A stretch of DNA of 64,000 bases, from IMG/VR virus record IMGVR_UViG_3300045988_067909. One strand, 5' to 3'. Both the position numbers and the translations under genes were made by a program. The stretch is from a virus. A model generated the notes under the pieces. The model saw only the letters and a program-made list of their open reading frames with translations. It was not told the origin of the DNA and did not search any database. Positions 56,354-64,000 of the stretch are shown here, one piece after another; positions within the stretch are counted from its first letter, which is position 1; every line of letters begins with the position of its first letter.

Positions 56354-58513
56354 TTATACGTTATCAGCAACTGGGATAGCAATGATACGGAAGATTTCGT
56401 ATTGTACGAAGTCTTTGAATTTAACTTTGATAGAAGCGTATACAATTTTATTAGCTGCATAGATTGTATTTTGTTCCATAACCAATTCGATAGAAGCGAA
56501 TTTGGATTTGAATTTTTCAATAATACGGTTAACGTCAGCTTTGTATTTTTCAAAGTCTTGACCAGTAATGAATTTGTAACGAGATTTAGGACATTCTTTA
56601 CGAATTTCTTTAATTAATTCTTGTACAGTAAGTACGTTGTTGATGAAAGATAATTGAGTGTAACGGTCTTGAGATGTGTATTCGGAAACCATAGTGAATA
56701 CGTTGTTAATATTCATACCATAGTTTACACGCATATCTTCCATTTTTGTTTGTTGATCCAATGTAGGAGTAACTTTAGGAATGAAAGATACAGTTTTGTC
56801 AATAACGTTAGGAATGATCCAGCTATTAGCTTCACCAGCGCATACCAAGTTACGACCATTACCGAAGTGCATACAAATCAAACGAGCAATATCGTAACCG
56901 ATAGTTACAGTGATTTGTTTGTTTGTGTAAGGGTCATAGATATCATAGGATTGGCAATAGTCAGCTACGAAACGAGAACGATTAGCATCAATACCACCGA
57001 TCATATCTTTCTTAGATTTGATTGCCAATAATGTATTCATACCAATACCGTAATCACGGAAGAAGAATACGTCTTGACGGAATTTACACAATTCTACGAT
57101 AGCAGTTTTAACTGGTAATGCATAGTTAGCATCAACTACAACGTCAATTGGAGTGTTATCAGTATTGAAGATATCATCAGAGAATGTACCATCGAAAGCT
57201 TTCTTCATTTCTTCATCGTAAGGAATACGATAAGTTTTGTTTAACTTACGAGCATCTTCTGCATTCAATTTTTCTCTATAAGTTAGAGGGTAACGACCCC
57301 ATTTACCGTTGTCGCCACCTTTAAGGAAGTGACCTTCGGAAACGTTTAAGAATGTAGTTGTTTGGCCATCTTCGTTTTTGTCATTAATGTGAATCTTAGC
57401 GAATTCTTGACCACGATAGTCTTTACCATTCAAGATATCTGCAGTTTTCAAAATATTTTCATCAATATTTGTCATCTTAGCAACAGCTTGGAAGAACAAG
57501 TTAGTTTGGTCTTCGTATGCATGTACTTTGATTTGAGCAGCAGAACGTTTGGATACAGAATCAATGTACAAGTTGTAACCACGTTCTAATTCATCAGGGT
57601 TCAAGGAGAAGATCATGCTTTCTAAAGCAACATCGTTCTCATAAACGTCTAATTTGTAACGAGCGGATTCAGCTGTACGGGATAATGTAGCATCCAAGGA
57701 TACACGGATACGTTTGTTAGAAACACCACGACCATTGTCAGTTACTACGAATAACAAGTAATCGTTCATACGTGTACCAGCAGCAATAGCTTCACCAGTG
57801 AACTTTTCAGCTACTGTAAGAGCATTACCTTTTTTCTTCAATACATAGTCAGCTAATTTCTTAATGTCATTACCGATCTTTTCTTTCAATAAAGTATCAG
57901 AATCGATAGACTCTACAGAGTAGCTGATAGAGCAAGTATTGATGATAGCTTTTTGTACTCGAGGATCAGAATCAATAGTAGTAGGATCAGTGATAGGTGT
58001 ATCAAAACCATCAGCAGCACCTAATTCCATGATTTCTTCTTTGATGTATCGAGGACGATCAGCTTCTTCACGATACAATGCTACGTCAGAAGTTAACCAG
58101 TATTCTTCGTCTTTGATAGGTTTCAAAACACGAACACCGTTTTCTTCAACTTCTTCACGAAGAATATTGAAGTTTTCATCATGACGGTAGCGGAACAATT
58201 GTTGCTTATCTTCTTTAAGATGAGCAATTACTGCAAAGTTAGCTAATGTGGAATCAGGATGCACTACACGTTTTGCATACAAGATACCGCCATTGTTGAT
58301 AACGTTAGCAGCTTGAAGTAAAGGTTGGCCATGGCGTTGGAAAGAGATCTCGCCATATTGCTCGAAGAACTTATTACCTTGGATATGAATATAGTCTTCT
58401 GTACCCTTATCAGAAGTGAAAGCCGAAAAGACCACTGGTCTTGTCGTATTGTCAGATATCTGTAGGGAAGGAATATCGGACTGATCTTCTAGAATGATTG
58501 TAGTACCAATCAT
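56354..58513 (-). CDS. putative contractile tail sheath protein
   Basis: 719 aa. N-terminal region PVVFSAFTSDKGTEDYIHIQGNKFFEQYGEISFQRHGQPLLQAANVINNGGILYAKRVV fits the conserved N-terminal pattern of myovirus sheath proteins (…fG…l…a…ffaNGg…yv.Rv). Size is typical. Confidence 0.5.
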   Translation of the reverse strand: MIGTTIILEDQSDIPSLQISDNTTRPVVFSAFTSDKGTEDYIHIQGNKFFEQYGEISFQRHGQPLLQAANVINNGGILYAKRVVHPDSTLANFAVIAHLKEDKQQLFRYRHDENFNILREEVEENGVRVLKPIKDEEYWLTSDVALYREEADRPRYIKEEIMELGAADGFDTPITDPTTIDSDPRVQKAIINTCSISYSVESIDSDTLLKEKIGNDIKKLADYVLKKKGNALTVAEKFTGEAIAAGTRMNDYLLFVVTDNGRGVSNKRIRVSLDATLSRTAESARYKLDVYENDVALESMIFSLNPDELERGYNLYIDSVSKRSAAQIKVHAYEDQTNLFFQAVAKMTNIDENILKTADILNGKDYRGQEFAKIHINDKNEDGQTTTFLNVSEGHFLKGGDNGKWGRYPLTYREKLNAEDARKLNKTYRIPYDEEMKKAFDGTFSDDIFNTDNTPIDVVVDANYALPVKTAIVELCKFRQDVFFFRDYGIGMNTLLAIKSKKDMIGGIDANRSRFVADYCQSYDIYDPYTNKQITVTIGYDIARLICMHFGNGRNLVCAGEANSWIIPNVIDKTVSFIPKVTPTLDQQTKMEDMRVNYGMNINNVFTMVSEYTSQDRYTQLSFINNVLTVQELIKEIRKECPKSRYKFITGQDFEKYKADVNRIIEKFKSKFASIELVMEQNTIYAANKIVYASIKVKFKDFVQYEIFRIIAIPVADNV

Positions 58514-58613
58514 ATGTTTTCCTCCTTTAAAATCAAAAAATTTTACAGGTTAGTCATATTATAATATTACTAAACTTTTACATCTATGTTGGATATAAGC
58601 CTTATAGGGTGTA

Positions 58614-59354
58614 TTACCCCATAAGGATTTTTTCCATAGGAGAATCAACTGTCTTATCATTAATGATAGCATTGACTACAGCATCATCCCAGTTTTCAGA
58701 TGTAATAGATGAGAATGGTGAAATATATTTAGGTACCATCTTAACTGAAATAGATTTGTAATGATTCATATTTGGGTCTTTAGCTAAACGGAATGGGATG
58801 GATTCATCTTTAGCAGATCTACATACTTGAGAGATAATCATACCAAACATTTGAGCAGATAGACCGAATGAACTACCATTATATTTAATACTATCCATTA
58901 AGAATGTATGTAATTGATCATAAGGGATTGTATTAGGGATATTACCAGTAATCAAGAAGATCTTAAACATGTTTTCCACATTAGTGATATCTTCTGGAGA
59001 CTTAGTATTTAAGATAGCTATATCTCCCTTATGGAAACGTAATAAACGATAGTCCTTAGGGATAGGCGTCTTCTTATCTATTACATAGTCTTTGACTTTA
59101 TCTACTTGGTTAGGCATACAAGATATTACCATAGGGAAGTAAAACATCTTTAAACCTATTTCAGATTTACCATTCTTATCAAATACTTCATAGTTGAATA
59201 GGCCTAATGTATTTACATATTCACCAGCAAACTCAGCATATTTCATATTACCATCAGATCTAAAGTAATCTTCTGGGATATAGAATACTAGCTCTCCATC
59301 ACCATTAAAGATAAGAGAGTCTCCTTCTTTAGTTAAAAATTTAGGTATTGCCAT
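58614..59354 (-). CDS. hypothetical protein
   Basis: 246-aa ORF on the minus strand with RBS aagaaggaggtatatataATG on the reverse strand. Confidence 0.45.
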   Translation of the reverse strand: MAIPKFLTKEGDSLIFNGDGELVFYIPEDYFRSDGNMKYAEFAGEYVNTLGLFNYEVFDKNGKSEIGLKMFYFPMVISCMPNQVDKVKDYVIDKKTPIPKDYRLLRFHKGDIAILNTKSPEDITNVENMFKIFLITGNIPNTIPYDQLHTFLMDSIKYNGSSFGLSAQMFGMIISQVCRSAKDESIPFRLAKDPNMNHYKSISVKMVPKYISPFSSITSENWDDAVVNAIINDKTVDSPMEKILMG

Positions 59355-59488
59355 TATATATACCTCCTTCTTAATGAGTTGTTCAAGTATAGCAGTTTTA
59401 CAGGGTTTTTGTAAACCTGTTTTTTTTTTGATTGTATATTATAACTGTATACATAATTGGTTATATTTAATTTAAGGAGGAAACAATT

Positions 59489-59989
59489 ATGAATATCACA
59501 AGTCCAACTTTAAGACAATTAGCTTACAGTGCAATTGACGACAGAGAGAATCTAAGAACATTGAACGCATTAGACCGTGGTAATATGCCATTTAGAGTGA
59601 CATATAATCAAAACGGCTTAATTGAAATCAGTGTCGGAAACGATGTACGGAAGTTAGACTGTAGCACAGACTTCCGATGCGTCTGTCGTACTATCACTAT
59701 TGATAGCGAGCATTATTACGCAATTAAATGTGTAACTATGTTTGTAAACAAAGAAAGCCATAACCAAGATACGGTTATAGCTATTACAGTAACAGAGTAC
59801 GTAAAAGATTTATTTCAAGAGGATATAGAAAAGATTATAAATAATCTAAAATCTATTGAATCTGAGACAGAAACGATTGGTCGTTTCGATATTACTTATA
59901 ATAAAGGTAATATCATTCTAGAAGACCAAGTTAAATCTTTGACTTATAGATTGGACCATATAGTCCAAACTATATTGGATCTTAAATAA
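59489..59989 (+). CDS. hypothetical protein
   Basis: RBS ttaaggaggaaacaattATG preceded by a diverged promoter-like box (ttgtatattataactgtatacataattggttatat). 166 aa. Confidence 0.45.
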   Translation: MNITSPTLRQLAYSAIDDRENLRTLNALDRGNMPFRVTYNQNGLIEISVGNDVRKLDCSTDFRCVCRTITIDSEHYYAIKCVTMFVNKESHNQDTVIAITVTEYVKDLFQEDIEKIINNLKSIESETETIGRFDITYNKGNIILEDQVKSLTYRLDHIVQTILDLK

Positions 59990-59996
59990 AAAGAAC

Positions 59997-60035
59997 TCCC
60001 AGTATAGGCATTGCCTATACTGGGGTCCTTTGTTT
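59997..60035 (+). terminator. rho-independent terminator, TATAGGCATTGCCTATA hairpin family
   Basis: Hairpin cccagtataggcattgcctatactgggg followed by tcctttgtttttt. Confidence 0.55.
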
Positions 60036-60268
60036 TTTATTAGCACACTGGTTAATAAGATAAGTAACAAAAAGTCATGCTAATAGTGTCTTTTAAAACG
60101 AATGATTGCCTTATTCACCTATCAGGGTAGGATAGGATTTTTGTGTGGTTTGTTTAAGTTATAATGTATTTATGCTTTTTCTGATTAGACGTTTCTATAT
60201 AACTAATATGGATGTGTTTGACTTAAAAAATAAATCTACATAGAAACAAAATTCAAAAAAAAAATTAA

Positions 60269-61027
60269 TTATAGAATATCTGAAAGAATGATGCATTTTC
60301 GGACTAGAATCATTATTGCTTTTTGTGCTTCATTTAATGTAATAGCACCTTGTTCATCTTCGGCTACTAATGTACCAATCGTTCTAGAATTAAGAGTATC
60401 ATTAGATATATGCATACCATAGTCCAATCTCTTAAGTTCAACTTTTTCTATTACTTTATTGACTAGATCATATATATTCATGAAATACTCTTTATCTATA
60501 ATTACTTTATCGTTATACATCAAATTACTTTTTACATCACTTACAAATTCAGGATTACTATCATATACCCCTAGAGTTATACACATAGCACCAACTAAGG
60601 TAAAGCACTTTAATAAGTCATACACATGTAAACGTTCATTGTTCTTATACTTGATCACTCTTCTTCTGTAGAACTTATCAAAGATTTTATCATTAGCACT
60701 AGTGTAGACTTCTAGGAGCTCATTAATAGTTATAGGCATATTATCTTCAATACCAGTATCTAATATATTAATGATACTATCACTAATAATACTATCTAAA
60801 GCATTTCGGACTAGGTTTAAATGTGCTCTAGTAGCGATACTATCCCTATATTGATTTAATTTTCCAAACCCAGATACCTTAGGACGCATATCACTATATA
60901 TAGATACCATATTAATTATACTACAAATGACAAAGCTAATTGTCTTGACCCGGACGACGCCAGGTTCTTCATTATTTTTTACTTGGCTTAAATCGGTATC
61001 ATCAATAGTCAAAATATGTGTTTCCAT
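60269..61027 (-). CDS. hypothetical protein
   Basis: 252-aa ORF on the minus strand. No motif recognised. Confidence 0.45.
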   Translation of the reverse strand: METHILTIDDTDLSQVKNNEEPGVVRVKTISFVICSIINMVSIYSDMRPKVSGFGKLNQYRDSIATRAHLNLVRNALDSIISDSIINILDTGIEDNMPITINELLEVYTSANDKIFDKFYRRRVIKYKNNERLHVYDLLKCFTLVGAMCITLGVYDSNPEFVSDVKSNLMYNDKVIIDKEYFMNIYDLVNKVIEKVELKRLDYGMHISNDTLNSRTIGTLVAEDEQGAITLNEAQKAIMILVRKCIILSDIL

Positions 61028-61064
61028 TATATCACTCGTTCCCTTACATTTTTAAAATATTATA

Positions 61065-63842
61065 TTAGACACCTGTGCCTACTGGAGTTTCAGTGTGTTC
61101 TTCAGTTGTACCAGGAACTACTGGTGTAGCTTCATGGTTTTCTTCAGTATGTCCTTCTTCGGAAGTATGTGTTTCTTCGGATGTACCAGGAACTACCGGA
61201 GTAGCTTCATGAGTTTCTTCTGTATGACCAGCTGTTTCAGTATGAGTTTCACCTGCAACAGGAGCTGCTGGAGATTCTGTGTGTTCTTCAGTATGACCAG
61301 CTTCAGTATGAGTTTCTTCGGAAGTGTGAGCTTCTTCACCTGTAGCTACTGCAGGAGATTCAGTATGTGTTTCTTCTGTAGTACCAGGAACTACTGGAGT
61401 TTCAGTGTGTTCTTCAGTATGACCTTCTTCAGAAGTATGAGTTTCTTCACTAGTACCAGGAACTACTGGAGTTTCAGTGTGCTCTTCCGTGGAAGGAACT
61501 GCTGGAGTAGCTTCATGATGTTCTTCTGTAGTGCCAGGAACTTCAGTATGAGTTTCTTCGGTATGTCCTTCTTCAGAAGTATGAGTTTCTTCACTAGTAC
61601 CAGGAACAGCAGGAGTTACTTCATGGTGTTCTTCATTACCTACTGGTGTTTCTGTGTGTTCTTCAGTTGTACCAGGAACTACTGGAGTTTCTGTATGAGT
61701 TTCTTCAGTATGTCCTTCTTCAGAAGTGTGAGCTTCTTCACCTGTTGTAGGTACAGCTGGAGATTCTGTGTGTTCTTCTGTATTGCCAGGAACTTCAGTG
61801 TGAGTTTCTTCTGTATGTCCTTCTTCAGAAGTATGTGTTTCTTCTGTTGTGCCAGGTACTACTGGTGTAGCTTCATGGTTTTCTTCTGTATGTCCTTCGG
61901 AAGTGTGAGATTCTTCACCTGTTGTAGGTACAGCTGGTGTTTCAGTGTGTTCTTCTGTTGTGCCAGGAACTTCTGTATGTGTTTCTTCACTTGTACCAGG
62001 TACCGCAGGTGTAGTTTCATGATGTTCTTCATCACCTACTGGAGCCACAGGAGTTTCAGTGTGTTCTTCTGTAGTACCAGGTGTATGAGTTTCACCTGTA
62101 GAAGGAGTTGCTGGTGTAGGTGGTAATACAGGGTTAGTATCATCAACTGCAGCGTGAGATTCTTCACCTGGTGTAGGTACAACAGGAGTAGCTTCATGAT
62201 GTTCTTCAGTTGTACCAGGAACTACTGGAGTAGCTTCATGAGTTTCTTCTGTGTGTCCTTCTTCAGAAGTATGTGTTTCCTCTGTAGTACCAGGAACTAC
62301 TGGTGCAACAGGTGTTTCAGTATGAGTTTCACCTGTGGAAGGAACTACTGGAGTTTCAGTGTGAGTTTCTTCAGTTGTACCAGGAACTTCTGTATGAGTT
62401 TCTTCTGTTTTAGGTGGAACTACTGGTTCTACTGGTGTAATAGGTGCTACAGGAGTTTCTGTATTACCGCCAGTAGTGGTACCCTCAGTAGGAGTAGTTT
62501 CTTCTTTTCCTGGAGTTACAGTATGTGTAGTGTCATCTGTACCAGGGTGATTAGGGGTTGTATTTTCTTTTTTATCTTCAGGTTTATTAGTTACAATATC
62601 GTCTTTTGTTTCGACTTGGTCTAATACGCCATCTTTTTTAACAATCACGTTATCTTCCTCTTCTTTCTCAATAGTCTCTTTAACCCAAACTTCTTTAGGT
62701 GGTAATACAAGTCCTTCAAGAACCCAATTACCTTTAGTGATTAAATCATTAGCTAGTCTAGCTACGTCTTTAGGACATTCTGTATTTTTAGGGAAAGCAA
62801 TATGTTTATCTTTTACATCAGGAGATAAAGCATTAATGATATTAGTTACAGTTTTATCTGTAATCTTACTAGAATCAGCTAACCAAAGATCTGTTTTAAG
62901 ACCTTTAGCTGGAGTTAATTCAATATCTTTAAGCTCTTTACATCCTGCAAATAACACATCAGCAGTCTCTAACTTAGTTACATCCAATTTTACAGACTCA
63001 AGTTTCTCACATTGATAGAAAATACCATCAGCAAAACGAAGGTCTGTAGATCCACTTAGATCTACAGAAGTGAGTTCTTTGTTATTATAAAACATATCAT
63101 TTGCTGAAGTGAGTTTACCGATGTTTTCTAATTTAACATTAGCAAGTTTACGGCACTCTCTAAACATTGAGTTTGCAGATACTAGATTAGTAGCATCTAA
63201 TGTACCAGCATCAGCTAATTCATAGCATAATGCAAACATATTGTCAGCTACAATAGTATTCTTAGTATCCAAAGGACGAGGTAACAAGTCTAGCTCTTTA
63301 CTAATGATAGGGAACTTACGATCCATGAAGTTGTAAGCATCATTAGGTACTTTGATAGCTACACCATCATTTAAGAAATCGTAATTTGCTTTAGAGAATT
63401 GTAATCTACGAAGTTTGGTAATATCAATAGATACAACTCTAGAATCATAGTCCATAGAGCAATCAAACTGGATAACTACAGTCGGATCTTCCATGTCCAT
63501 TTTGTTTAGGTTATAAGTAAATGGTGCACGTGTATTGTGCTTTAAGAATTCAAAACATTTAACACGGCCACTTAATTTAACCAATCTGCCATCTTTCACA
63601 TAGTCTATATCCCATAAAGTCGGAGACCCTGCCTCAAGATAGCAAGCATAGCAATGCTCAGGTGTCGCATATTGAAATCGAACAAGCAGTGCTTGTTTGA
63701 TCTCATGTGTTACATCAATGAGTTCAACCCGAGGACATTGGTATCCTCGGGTGTACTCAGCATCATATACTTTTACAAAAGGCATATCTCTTGTAGGATC
63801 GACTTCTAGGAACTTAGGACCATTTTTAAAATAGTCTGCCAT
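61065..63842 (-). CDS. large protein with N-terminal BspA-type leucine-rich-repeat region and C-terminal ~450-aa Thr/Glu/His/Pro-rich tandem-repeat domain
   Basis: RBS taaggaggctttaATG at 63842 (minus strand). LRR-like periodic FxxCxxL motifs (NMFALCYEL, SMFRECRKL, DMFYNNKEL, GIFYQCEKL, VLFAGCKEL). C-terminus made of dozens of imperfect repeats such as GTTEETHTE(T/V)P(A/V)VP and SEEGHTEETHTE. Confidence 0.6.
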   Translation of the reverse strand: MADYFKNGPKFLEVDPTRDMPFVKVYDAEYTRGYQCPRVELIDVTHEIKQALLVRFQYATPEHCYACYLEAGSPTLWDIDYVKDGRLVKLSGRVKCFEFLKHNTRAPFTYNLNKMDMEDPTVVIQFDCSMDYDSRVVSIDITKLRRLQFSKANYDFLNDGVAIKVPNDAYNFMDRKFPIISKELDLLPRPLDTKNTIVADNMFALCYELADAGTLDATNLVSANSMFRECRKLANVKLENIGKLTSANDMFYNNKELTSVDLSGSTDLRFADGIFYQCEKLESVKLDVTKLETADVLFAGCKELKDIELTPAKGLKTDLWLADSSKITDKTVTNIINALSPDVKDKHIAFPKNTECPKDVARLANDLITKGNWVLEGLVLPPKEVWVKETIEKEEEDNVIVKKDGVLDQVETKDDIVTNKPEDKKENTTPNHPGTDDTTHTVTPGKEETTPTEGTTTGGNTETPVAPITPVEPVVPPKTEETHTEVPGTTEETHTETPVVPSTGETHTETPVAPVVPGTTEETHTSEEGHTEETHEATPVVPGTTEEHHEATPVVPTPGEESHAAVDDTNPVLPPTPATPSTGETHTPGTTEEHTETPVAPVGDEEHHETTPAVPGTSEETHTEVPGTTEEHTETPAVPTTGEESHTSEGHTEENHEATPVVPGTTEETHTSEEGHTEETHTEVPGNTEEHTESPAVPTTGEEAHTSEEGHTEETHTETPVVPGTTEEHTETPVGNEEHHEVTPAVPGTSEETHTSEEGHTEETHTEVPGTTEEHHEATPAVPSTEEHTETPVVPGTSEETHTSEEGHTEEHTETPVVPGTTEETHTESPAVATGEEAHTSEETHTEAGHTEEHTESPAAPVAGETHTETAGHTEETHEATPVVPGTSEETHTSEEGHTEENHEATPVVPGTTEEHTETPVGTGV
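61100..62560. repeat. coding tandem repeat array (period about 45-60 nt) inside the 61065-63842 gene
   Basis: DNA-level imperfect repeats of gtttcttc(a/g)g(a/t)agtatg(a/t)gtttcttc...accaggaactactgg. Plus-strand ORFs 61095-62126 and 62154-62624 are Cys/Phe/Ser-rich artefacts of this repeat. Confidence 0.6.
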
Positions 63843-63865
63843 TAAAGCCTCCTTATAATAAATAA

Positions 63866-64000
63866 TTATTTGCGTTTCTTAGGCTTACCTTTACTTTGCA
63901 ATCGATTAAGACGATTAGCTTCTTTTTCTTTAATGTACTCATTCATCGCTTTGTCAAGATAAGTGATAAGAGACACGAAATTATTAATTATTTGTTTCGT
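63866..64000 (-). CDS. 3' end of a minus-strand gene truncated by the window edge
   Basis: Open frame on the minus strand ending ...KKRK-stop at 63866, immediately upstream of the RBS of the 61065-63842 gene. The 5' part lies beyond 64000. Confidence 0.3.
   Translation of the reverse strand, partial: TKQIINNFVSLITYLDKAMNEYIKEKEANRLNRLQSKGKPKKRK

Noticed and set aside
61100-62560. Possible CRISPR array suggested by the regular ~50-nt periodic repeats
   Set aside because: The repeats are imperfect and lie in-frame within a long ORF that has an RBS. There are no unique spacers of constant length and no cas genes. This is a coding tandem repeat.
61095-62624. Plus-strand ORFs 61095-62126 (343 aa) and 62154-62624 (156 aa), Cys/Phe/Ser-rich
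   Set aside because: They are mirror-strand readings of the tandem TEETHT-repeat coding region of the minus-strand 925-aa gene. There are no start signals and the composition is extreme. Not genes.
1-64000. Identification as Bacillus phage AR9/PBS1 or a specific named phage
   Set aside because: Split RNAP beta, PhuZ and low GC fit giant Firmicutes phages. The presence of thymidylate synthase, DHFR and dUTPase conflicts with the uracil-DNA AR9 group. No database comparison is possible here, so no specific identity is claimed.

Overview
This window looks like a 64 kb piece of a large, low-GC (roughly 30%) tailed phage genome from a Firmicutes host. The inference rests on strong GGAGG-type ribosome-binding sites, dense phage-type genes and the absence of any cellular housekeeping genes. 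Nearly all genes are on the + strand from 0 to 43.8 kb and from 45 to 55.4 kb. A minus-strand structural block (a likely tail sheath and neighbouring genes) lies at 55.5 to 59.4 kb and 60.3 to 64 kb.

The following proteins were recognised by reading motifs directly:
- both large subunits of a type II topoisomerase (GyrB-like at 5141-7525, GyrA-like at 9446-11797);
- a dUTPase (8473-8916);
- a dihydrofolate reductase (35840-36358);
- a thymidylate synthase interrupted by a 287-nt ORF-less group I intron (43893-44980, minus strand);
- a tubulin/FtsZ-family PhuZ/TubZ-like GTPase (18726-19991);
- a UvsX/RecA-like recombinase (21786-23012);
- a multisubunit RNA polymerase beta subunit split into two non-adjacent genes in inverted order (C-part at 23100-25328, N-part at 29060-30814), flanking an NAD-dependent DNA ligase (25332-27614);
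- an SbcC/Rad50-like ATPase (32598-35291);
- the exonuclease plus motif-A half of a family B DNA polymerase (50614-52491);
- a probable tail sheath (56354-58513, minus strand);
- a 925-aa protein with BspA-type leucine-rich repeats and a very long Thr/Glu/His-rich tandem-repeat C-terminus (61065-63842, minus strand).

Several non-coding repeat families stand out:
- a promoter-like element of about 60 nt (core TTcAGTTaTATACTATAATGGTAATATCATGGTTATAT, often preceded by CGTAAAAC), present in at least 8 copies, each in front of a short gene that ends in a strong hairpin terminator;
- terminator hairpin families that show compensatory base changes, including five copies of a perfect palindrome TATAGGCATTGCCTATA;
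- a triplicated cassette (two tandem copies at 20.9-21.7 kb on the minus strand, one inverted copy at 47.9-48.3 kb) encoding a conserved 60-65 aa protein behind a long, structured, covarying 5' leader.

No rRNA, obvious tRNA, CRISPR array, transposase or integrase was recognised. All calls come from by-eye motif reading with no database search, so the product names are hypotheses of graded confidence.
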